Of a DNA stretch of 22,300 nt, positions 9,072-15,072 are shown piece after piece. The notes beneath the pieces are model-generated. The model did not search any database, had not been told where the DNA came from, and saw only the letters and a list, made by a program, of their open reading frames with translations. The stretch spans positions 64,001 to 86,300 of IMG/VR virus record IMGVR_UViG_3300039155_000018. One strand, given 5' to 3'. Numbering within the stretch: position 1 is the stretch's first letter; every line of letters begins with the position of its first letter. The stretch comes from a virus. Lineage: Duplodnaviria; Heunggongvirae; Uroviricota; Caudoviricetes. Both the position numbers and the translations under genes were made by a program.

Positions 9072-9101
9072 ATTATACCTTACTTGAAGACAGTAAGTCA
9101 A
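9072..9101 (-). promoter_or_regulatory. Sigma70-like promoter facing terL
   Basis: TTGACT-N18-TATAAT. Confidence 0.7.
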
Positions 9102-9126
9102 TACTTATCAAGAATAAGTACACTTA

Positions 9127-9519
9127 TTAAGAATAAGTTGCAATAAATTCGTTCGTAATCTTGTTACGATCTCTTCCAGTAATTCCTCGAATAGAGACTA
9201 GAACCTTGAGGGCATCCCAACTCAGATCGTCTAGAGATTCCTTCGGAAGTTGCACACTCTTAGGTTCTACGCTTGCAATGACATTAGGGAGAGTTTGCTG
9301 ACTATAAGCCTTGCCTCCCTTCACATCTTCAAGGGAAAGTTCTCGTGTCAGAGTCACTTCCATCATCATTGTCTTATAGCGAGGCATTACACTTGTATCA
9401 ACTTCACACCCATCAAGAAAAAGCTCTTGTAGCTTTTGTGTAAACTTAATGGGGTCGTACTCTCGTAGGACTACTCGTTCTTTAATCTTTACATCTTTCA
9501 GTTCAATATTCTTTGACAC
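9127..9519 (-). CDS. Hypothetical protein (130 aa, GTG start)
   Basis: AGGAGG RBS; C-terminal helical segment LDDLSWDALKVLVSIRGITGRDR suggests a small helix-extension-helix-like motif (inference). Confidence 0.75.
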   Translation of the reverse strand: MSKNIELKDVKIKERVVLREYDPIKFTQKLQELFLDGCEVDTSVMPRYKTMMMEVTLTRELSLEDVKGGKAYSQQTLPNVIASVEPKSVQLPKESLDDLSWDALKVLVSIRGITGRDRNKITNEFIATYS

Positions 9520-9538
9520 TATCTCCTCCTAGAGAATC

Positions 9539-9784
9539 TTATTTACGCTTTCGTTGGTTTGGACGTGTAATCTGCACAGAACCTGCTTGTGAAGCCATAT
9601 TGCCTCGCAGGGCTGCTACAGCGTCATTTGGATTGGTGAAGATTTTAGCATCTTGCACATATCCCCACTTACCATCTTCTTTTAGGTACTGGTTATAACC
9701 ATCAATATGTGGCTTCACGCACGCATACTGTCCGCGAACGCTATTAAAATTACTTTGTACGTAAGGCTCTTTAATCTGAATCAT
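9539..9784 (-). CDS. Hypothetical protein (81 aa)
   Basis: ATGA overlap with the TerS candidate; AAGGA RBS. Confidence 0.7.
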   Translation of the reverse strand: MIQIKEPYVQSNFNSVRGQYACVKPHIDGYNQYLKEDGKWGYVQDAKIFTNPNDAVAALRGNMASQAGSVQITRPNQRKRK

Positions 9785-10212
9785 TGTAGTGTTCCTTTCT
9801 CTGGTAGACTATCTAGGGTGTATGGAACTTCTCCATCAGAGATAAACTCCATAGTGAAGCGAGCACCAGTTTCTTCAGACTGTGCATCTTCCATATCTTC
9901 TTTCCCTTTAGCGGACAATCCGTTAATTGTAATTTCTTCTGCCAGAGCTGCCTTATTCACAACAACAGTGTTCTGTAGAATCCACTTTGCTGTAGCGACA
10001 GCTTCTTTATCTACGGATTCAGTCTTCAGAGACTTCTCAATCACCGCAAATGATTCAGGATTAAGTGCTAGCAGTTTGCTCTCAATTGTCCGTAGACGAC
10101 TACGCTTCAGACCTGTCTTACCACTTCCCACAGGGCGGCCCGCAGGATTGAGACTCTGCATCCCCTTGTGGAAGTTGGGATTGCCCGGCCCACGTTTCTT
10201 TTTATCTGTCAT
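9781..10212 (-). CDS. Terminase small subunit candidate (143 aa)
   Basis: N-terminal GNPNFHKGMQSLNPAGRP resembles the F.KG.S.NP.GRP motif of many TerS/DUF5681-type proteins; lies upstream of terL; AGGAAAGG RBS. Confidence 0.6.
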   Translation of the reverse strand: MTDKKKRGPGNPNFHKGMQSLNPAGRPVGSGKTGLKRSRLRTIESKLLALNPESFAVIEKSLKTESVDKEAVATAKWILQNTVVVNKAALAEEITINGLSAKGKEDMEDAQSEETGARFTMEFISDGEVPYTLDSLPEKGTLQ

Positions 10213-10231
10213 AAACCTTTCCTCTCAGGAA

Positions 10232-11014
10232 TTACATCCCACAAGGACGTTCTTCCCACTTAATGTGATAACTTCCAGTACCTGCAAGTTGCAATGAATT
10301 CTTGAATAGGGATTGAGGGACTTTCACCCTCACTCTTTCTTTAACGTCTATGTGGAACAAAGACGACTCCTTGTCGGGAGGAAATAAGAAAACCCACAAG
10401 AAGTGGGTTATAGAAAGCCCGATGCTATAAGCAGAGCGGGAACTTGGATTAGGGATATTATTTAACTTTCTAAGTCTTTGAATCTTAGACCTGTGCATCC
10501 CCATGAGAGGAGCTATTGCATAGTCTGAGAGGCCCGTTTTACGAAATTCAGCGATAGTTTCCAGATCATCTTCCGTATGCCCCGAAGATAGACCTGACCA
10601 TGAACCGAATTCTCTATTATACTTGGCGTTACAGGAACGAGAACACAGAGTCTTCAAACCTCTCATGTGCCTTTTCTCTCGCTGGAACTCTTTTCCACAA
10701 TAAGCACACCTGCAATCAAAATAGGTTCTGCCTTCTATATGCGCCTTTGTTTTAGCTTTATGTTCTTCTATGGTAAGAACCTGAAGATTGTCTAAGGAAT
10801 CATTAGTGCAGTCATTATCAATATGGTCTGCCTCCTCGTTGTCGGTCAAGTATCTCCCAATATTAACGCCTAGAAGATACCTAGCATATGCGATGGTAGT
10901 CCTATCGTCCATGCTGTTAACAAGATCAAGTCTTGTCCTACCATCCTTTTTGCAAGTTCTTAGATAACCTTTGCTCCAATCCAAACAAAATGGATATTCT
11001 AACTCTATTAACAT
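10232..11014 (-). CDS. Free-standing HNH homing endonuclease with Zn finger and HTH; the last ~70 codons are probably read-through
   Basis: HNH motif EADHIDNDCTNDSLDNLQVL..EH; C-X2-C...C-X3-C (CAYC...CSRSC); HTH-like LSDYAIAPLMGMHRSKIQR; GAGG RBS. Confidence 0.85.
   Translation of the reverse strand: MLIELEYPFCLDWSKGYLRTCKKDGRTRLDLVNSMDDRTTIAYARYLLGVNIGRYLTDNEEADHIDNDCTNDSLDNLQVLTIEEHKAKTKAHIEGRTYFDCRCAYCGKEFQREKRHMRGLKTLCSRSCNAKYNREFGSWSGLSSGHTEDDLETIAEFRKTGLSDYAIAPLMGMHRSKIQRLRKLNNIPNPSSRSAYSIGLSITHFLWVFLFPPDKESSLFHIDVKERVRVKVPQSLFKNSLQLAGTGSYHIKWEERPCGM
10381..10409 (-). terminator. Intrinsic terminator inside the 3' tail of the HNH ORF
   Basis: AACCCAC-UUCUU-GUGGGUU followed by UUCUUAUUUC. 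Confidence 0.6.
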
Positions 11015-11042
11015 TTAAACCTCTTTAGTCAAACTACTAACC

Positions 11043-11138
11043 AAGCCGCAACAGGGACGTTCAACTAACCCTACTCGGAAAGTAGCTTGCTAAAGAAGTC
11101 TTACTGCTGGACGTTTCTAAAGACCGTTGCGCGGCCTT
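11043..11138 (-). ncRNA. Putative structured RNA (terminal stem plus two internal hairpins)
   Basis: Closing stem GCAACGG/CUGUUGC extended by AAG..GCC/GGCUU; internal GUCUU/AAGAC and CUACU-UUCCG-AGUAG. Confidence 0.45.
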
Positions 11139-11143
11139 ATTTC

Positions 11144-11226
11144 TGGAGAGCGAAGTGGGAGTCGAACCCACATTTTCAGTTCCAGTTACCCTTAACTTTT
11201 TAGAAGAAAGTTGGGACTATTCGCTC
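11144..11226 (-). ncRNA. tRNA-like RNA (83 nt) with a UCU anticodon arm but no D-arm
   Basis: Acceptor GAGCGAA/UUCGCUC + U + encoded CCA; canonical T-arm GUGGG-UUCGACU-CCCAC; hairpin AACUUU-CUUCUAA-AAAGUU. Confidence 0.75.
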
Positions 11227-11245
11227 TTAATTGGCTTCTACTTTA

Positions 11246-11273
11246 GCTCTAATCCAGACTGAGCTACGAGAAT
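11246..11273 (-). pseudogene. tRNA 5' fragment (acceptor strand and D-arm only)
   Basis: AUUCUCG-UA-GCUC-AGUCUGGAUUA-GAGC is a normal tRNA 5' third; no anticodon arm, T-arm or matching 3' acceptor strand follows. Confidence 0.6.
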
Positions 11274-11276
11274 ATA

Positions 11277-11350
11277 TGGTGCCCACACTCCGTAACGCTC
11301 GGAGGACTAATACTTACAAGGTACTTGTTATACTATTTAACTATGTGGGC
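11277..11350 (-). tRNA. tRNA-Thr(UGU) with non-canonical D- and T-loops
   Basis: GCCCACA/UGUGGGC + A + CCA; D-stem GUUA/UAAC; anticodon arm AGUAC-CUUGUAA-GUAUU; T-arm CUCCG-AGCGUUA-CGGAG; 74 nt. Confidence 0.85.
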
Positions 11351-11358
11351 TTATGGGA

Positions 11359-11433
11359 GGGATTGTTCGGGAATCGAACCCGAGTCTCCGTCTGTGCCGA
11401 CGGTGCGCTATACCACATTATCACCAACAACCC
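11359..11433 (-). pseudogene. Degenerate tRNA (Ala-like G3-U70, 6-nt anticodon loop, no encoded CCA)
   Basis: Acceptor GGGUUGU/ACAAUCC; canonical T-arm UCGGG-UUCGAUU-CCCGA; anticodon arm CCGUC-GGCACA-GACGG. Confidence 0.7.
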
Positions 11434-11436
11434 CAA

Positions 11437-11485
11437 AAAGAATCTTTCTTTTAAAGACTTCACAATCCCTAAAAGAAAGATTCCC
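11437..11485 (-). other. Long hairpin (14-bp perfect stem + 6 bp, GUGA tetraloop): RNase III site or terminator
   Basis: GAAUCUUUCUUUUA/UAAAAGAAAGAUUC plus GGGAUU-GUGA-AGUCUU, followed by U5. The G-U pairs and GNRA loop form only on the minus strand. Confidence 0.75.
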
Positions 11486-11499
11486 GTAATAGATGAAAC

Positions 11500-11657
11500 T
11501 ACAATACGAGAATCTTAATGCCAGCTCTGAGCGGGAGGAGGACACCCGGAGCTGACGGAGAGCTACCGTTAGGGAGTACCTTTCGGTAGCGGTTTCTGAC
11601 GCAAGGAGAAAACGTCAGAAGGAGAGAAATCAAACAATACGATTTAACACCACATGA
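11500..11657 (-). ncRNA. Candidate sRNA with multiple exposed CUCC motifs
   Basis: Directly downstream of a promoter; no credible ORF; three hairpins with loops UUUUCUCCUUG, UACUC/GAAA and UGUCCUCCU. Confidence 0.6.
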
Positions 11658-11663
11658 AAGGTA

Positions 11664-11692
11664 AGTCTAACATATATTTCTATACAAGTCAA
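11664..11692 (-). promoter_or_regulatory. Sigma70-like promoter of the ncRNA island
   Basis: TTGACT-N17-TAGACT. Confidence 0.7.
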
Positions 11693-11719
11693 TAGGTTGA
11701 TAAATTATTTTAATAATAT

Positions 11720-11899
11720 CTAGTAAGGTCTGACTTGACGAAAAAGACTTTCAGTTTCTGTGATCCCTTCAAACTGGTATTCCCAACGGAACACAGGTTC
11801 AATCATTTCTTCCTCAGAAATCAGGATGTGCTTTAGGTCTTCTTCGTCAAGCTGTTCTAGGAAGTCAGATACTTCCTGATAAATTGTATCTGTAGTCAT
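11720..11899 (-). CDS. Hypothetical acidic protein (59 aa, MTTDTIYQEVSDFLEQL...)
   Basis: Hand-translated, below the ORF-track cutoff; downstream of a promoter; weak RBS. Confidence 0.55.
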   Translation of the reverse strand: MTTDTIYQEVSDFLEQLDEEDLKHILISEEEMIEPVFRWEYQFEGITETESLFRQVRPY

Positions 11900-11950
11900 A
11901 TTTATTCTTCATGTTAAGTGAATCCTCCAAATTCGTTAGAAACTTTGTAT

Positions 11951-11980
11951 ACTATACCAAACTGAAGAAGAGTTTGTCAA
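11951..11980 (-). promoter_or_regulatory. Sigma70-like promoter
   Basis: TTGACA-N18-TATAGT with TG upstream of the -10. Confidence 0.65.
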
Positions 11981-12222
11981 TACTCTTGAGAATCTTTTTG
12001 AAAGATTTCTGGCTTGCCTGTTCGGTGAATAACATATTGCAGCGCACCAAATCTTTTATAAAATGATCCAGAGATAGCCTCCCTCATTGAATGACAATTT
12101 TCTCCACGAAAGAATAGTGTCGGGCCACTGTGAAAGGAATACACATACCCACACTTATAAAGCTCCTCAGCTTCTAGCAAGCCTTGAAACCAAGCACTAC
12201 GTTTGTTCTTCTTTTTAAACAC
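11977..12222 (-). CDS. Hypothetical protein (81 aa, GTG start)
   Basis: AGGAG RBS; packs with its neighbours. Confidence 0.7.
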   Translation of the reverse strand: MFKKKNKRSAWFQGLLEAEELYKCGYVYSFHSGPTLFFRGENCHSMREAISGSFYKRFGALQYVIHRTGKPEIFQKDSQEY

Positions 12223-12225
12223 TTT

Positions 12226-12537
12226 TCAACTCCTCTTTAGATTCTTGGAAGAAGCGTGTTCGATTACAATGGCGCCATCAATGGATTCCCGAGCCGTCTT
12301 ATAGACAGAAAACTCATAATTAGTAAACGGACTAACACAACGCCAATACTTCTTGTGTTTACAAAGCCAATTTGGATGTGCTTCGATAAAGTCCATACGC
12401 TCTTTGTCTTTATTCTCGTTTACTGTCTGCAACAAATTACGAATCACAGCAATTGCACGACGCTGGTCTGGTGTTCCCTCCGAAAGAGCACACTCGATTT
12501 CTTTAAACCACCACTGCCCTTCATTAAACTCGTTCAT
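12226..12537 (-). CDS. Hypothetical protein (103 aa, start moved to MNEFNEG)
   Basis: GGAGG RBS precedes the ATG at 12537; short overlap with the upstream gene. Confidence 0.7.
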   Translation of the reverse strand: MNEFNEGQWWFKEIECALSEGTPDQRRAIAVIRNLLQTVNENKDKERMDFIEAHPNWLCKHKKYWRCVSPFTNYEFSVYKTARESIDGAIVIEHASSKNLKRS

Positions 12538-12781
12538 ACATCTTCCTCCACTCTTCATATTCTCCGTAAGGATCAAGACACTCTAACATAAACCAGTAGA
12601 AATCTTGATCCAGATACCCGTTGTATATCCCATCTATGAAGATTACATGCTCTCCTGTGGGATGGTTAGGATCAATGTAAATCCTACCCACTGAAATGTC
12701 AAGATATTTTGCTATGAAGCAAATTTCTTTTCTGAAATCTTTCTGTTCCTCAGATTCGTAGGTGTTTAGGTTTATTTTCAC
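12524..12781 (-). CDS. Hypothetical protein (85 aa)
   Basis: Directly follows the polymerase-like gene. Confidence 0.65.
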   Translation of the reverse strand: MKINLNTYESEEQKDFRKEICFIAKYLDISVGRIYIDPNHPTGEHVIFIDGIYNGYLDQDFYWFMLECLDPYGEYEEWRKMYERV

Positions 12782-12787
12782 GTAAGA

Positions 12788-14143
12788 TCACTTCTTGTCA
12801 ATTTTACAGAAGGTTGTGTCACCTAGAACAGTTTTCCACGCTTGCAGCATGGCATCTCTAAGGTCATCCTCTCCGCTACTCTTCACGATTGCAGAATCGT
12901 GGTATGTGAGGATAGTGTATCCTTTCTGAATCATCGTATCAACCACTTCCATCATAATCTTACTATCCGTGTTCTGGAGGAACACACCTTGGTCAGAGAA
13001 GAATTTCTCTGCAATCCAATCGTTATGCTCTTGAACAGCATCCAACACGAACTGCGAGCTAATTTTCCCTAGGCCAAAGAAGTCTTGTTCCTCTGTGGTT
13101 TTCCCTGCATCTGTCCTAATCTTATTGGATAACCCACTGATTGCTTGCTTCCTATCAACGCTGTTCATCCCAATCAGAATGGCCAGCTTGGACAGATTCC
13201 GAAGAGGGTCATGCTTCTTTCCTGTGAGTTTTTCTTTATAACTTACATCTTCTTGGTTAACAGGTACAAATGAAAGATCGGCACCATAAGGGCTAAAATC
13301 CTCCCCCATTACGTCCTTGACGTTGAAGCCGTCATATGAGTACAGAATCTGATAGCATATATTTGGATGAATTGCGCTGTAATCAAGCTCTACTACTGGC
13401 TCATCATCAATAGTCAAGAATTCAGAGCGAAGCTTCTGGGGTAGTAACTGTACTCCGCCACCCTGTGCATAGATTCTTCCGGCGATCTCCATAGAGTCAA
13501 GGAACACCCTTTTGTATTCCACATCGGCAATAGCCTTACCATTGAACTTGATGTTTGCTCCAGATAAGCTCTCATTAAATTCCATAACTTTACTCCTGAT
13601 TTCTTTAATACCGACTTTACCTTTTGTGCTAAGAGTTTGTTGTGTTTCTCTATTCCGCACTTCAACGCATTCCGTCTTCTCTATCTCATCCCAGAGATTC
13701 CCGAATTCTTTGTTTGAATTCCACAGTTCTAATGCTCTGTGACGAAATACTACACAAGAGGACATGGTTCTCTCAGGAACCCTTTTACCATTCTCAATCT
13801 TCCAAGAGATGACATATCCTTTGTAAATGTCTATGTATGACTTCTCTTCAAGGAACTCAAGAAGCCCCTTAACTCCTCGATAACCAATATCTAACTTATT
13901 TCCCGTGTAGGCGTTCTTGTCAAGTGTAATCCTGAACCCTTTAGCATTCTTCTTCATAGCCCTTGCCATGTTAGATACAAACCACTTAACACCTTTAGAG
14001 AATTTACCATCTGTATGACTAAGCAAGCTATCCACAACAGATTGGTAGTATTTGGATTCGTGATAGAACAAATAGCTTCTTACGCAAGACAGAGACAGGG
14101 AGTGTACCTGTATCTCATCCATACTGCTTAATTCATAAATCAA
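12788..14143 (-). CDS. Family-A-related (TV-Pol-like) nucleic acid polymerase (451 aa)
   Basis: GRIY..GGG.Q.LP...R; motif A VVELDYSAIHP; motif B RNLSKLAILIGMN; motif C LTYHDSAIV; no exonuclease domain. Confidence 0.7.
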   Translation of the reverse strand: MIYELSSMDEIQVHSLSLSCVRSYLFYHESKYYQSVVDSLLSHTDGKFSKGVKWFVSNMARAMKKNAKGFRITLDKNAYTGNKLDIGYRGVKGLLEFLEEKSYIDIYKGYVISWKIENGKRVPERTMSSCVVFRHRALELWNSNKEFGNLWDEIEKTECVEVRNRETQQTLSTKGKVGIKEIRSKVMEFNESLSGANIKFNGKAIADVEYKRVFLDSMEIAGRIYAQGGGVQLLPQKLRSEFLTIDDEPVVELDYSAIHPNICYQILYSYDGFNVKDVMGEDFSPYGADLSFVPVNQEDVSYKEKLTGKKHDPLRNLSKLAILIGMNSVDRKQAISGLSNKIRTDAGKTTEEQDFFGLGKISSQFVLDAVQEHNDWIAEKFFSDQGVFLQNTDSKIMMEVVDTMIQKGYTILTYHDSAIVKSSGEDDLRDAMLQAWKTVLGDTTFCKIDKK

Positions 14144-14159
14144 TTCATTCTTACTCCTG

Positions 14160-14199
14160 TAGATAGTAGAGAGAAGGGAGAGAGGTAGAGAGAGGGGGG
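14160..14199. repeat. Polypurine/polypyrimidine tract
   Basis: tagatagtagagagaagggagagaggtagagagagggggg; almost entirely purine on the plus strand. Confidence 0.7.
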
Positions 14200-14304
14200 C
14201 TACCTGTATTCCAGTACAAACTCCTCTGTAGCCCGCATGGCTGCTGGGTTTCTCAAAATTATTGTACGATTATTAACCAATCCGTCATACCTCCAAGTCC
14301 CTCA

Positions 14305-14332
14305 ATACTAGCACGGAATGATGATAAGTCAA
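14305..14332 (-). promoter_or_regulatory. Leftward promoter of the divergent region
   Basis: TTGACT-N16-TAGTAT with extended -10 TGn. Confidence 0.55.
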
Positions 14333-14400
14333 TAGGCTAAATGATAAATTCTCCCTATTACTCCTCCCACACCCAATAGAAATTATCCACTACTCCATTC

Positions 14401-14430
14401 TTGACTCCCATATCAAGCACACGCTAAGAT
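14401..14430 (+). promoter_or_regulatory. Rightward promoter of the divergent region
   Basis: TTGACT-N18-TAAGAT, 30 nt upstream of the first plus-strand ORF. Confidence 0.6.
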
Positions 14431-14460
14431 GGCTGAAATTCAACAGAAAGGGGCTAGAAA

Positions 14461-14622
14461 ATGACTAAAGAACGCCACCCAATGTCCTCTTGGTGTGCCT
14501 ACACATCTTTCCTAAAAGAAAAGCTAGGTAGACGCTTGACGCAAGAGGAATGTTCTGAGATGATGCAGCTCTACATCGTAGGAGCGTCTGTTGAAGATGC
14601 TTTGAAACAACTGGAGGAATGA
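14461..14622 (+). CDS. Hypothetical protein (53 aa, MTKERHPMSSWCAY...)
   Basis: Hand-translated; AAGGGG RBS. Confidence 0.6.
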   Translation: MTKERHPMSSWCAYTSFLKEKLGRRLTQEECSEMMQLYIVGASVEDALKQLEE

Positions 14623-14626
14623 TGAA

Positions 14627-14815
14627 ATGAGTATTGACAAAGAAGGTCTGAACGAGGCTATTAAGGAGTACCTGAAAGAAAATCTGACATTGACAGTGGA
14701 CACGTCAGAGAACTATGTTGGTGATATGGGCGGAGGGAATAGCCTGTACAAGACCAGTCACGTTTTACATTTGTGGTTGGATGGGAGTATTATTTCTTCA
14801 ACGTACATGGACTGA
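14627..14815 (+). CDS. Hypothetical protein (62 aa)
   Basis: GGAGG RBS. Confidence 0.7.
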   Translation: MSIDKEGLNEAIKEYLKENLTLTVDTSENYVGDMGGGNSLYKTSHVLHLWLDGSIISSTYMD

Positions 14816-15072
14816 TCGCAGCTCTCAGGCTACAGAGTAACACTATTCAAGGGATATCGTATCTCAAGGGCCGCAATAGCGTTTAAGAGGCGATCCTTGC
14901 TAAGAGGTACATACCCCCTCCTAAGCAGAGAACGTTCAACCTTGCCCTCTGTAGGAAGGGGTATAGCGTATTTAATCCATATTACGAGAAGGCGGAGTGT
15001 GTTTTCAACAGAACAACCAGATTATGACTGGGAATATTACATATTGCACAAAGAAGCCAAGGGGATTTGCAA

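Noticed and set aside
10295-10340. GAGGGUGAAAGUCCCUC as part of RNase P RNA or a group II intron
   Set aside because: Only a short motif resembles them; no other conserved elements were found.
11020-11138. HDV-like (theta) ribozyme after the tRNA-like CCA
   Set aside because: A P1 with a G-U pair (GGCCGC/GCGGCU) can be drawn, but the L3 is atypical and there is no catalytic C in the would-be J4/2. Kept only as an unassigned structured RNA.
11231-11518. 95-aa plus-strand ORF
   Set aside because: Antisense to the tRNA-Thr and tRNA-like elements, which explain the sequence.
11520-11630. Plus-strand RsmY/RsmZ-like GGA sponge as the main interpretation
   Set aside because: No convincing plus-strand promoter; the upstream promoter, GNRA loops and neighbouring tRNAs favour the minus strand. 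Retained as an alternative to test.
14140-14148. ATG-AAT-TGA minigene overlapping the TTG start of the polymerase-like gene
   Set aside because: Visible, but too short to distinguish from chance without ribosome profiling.
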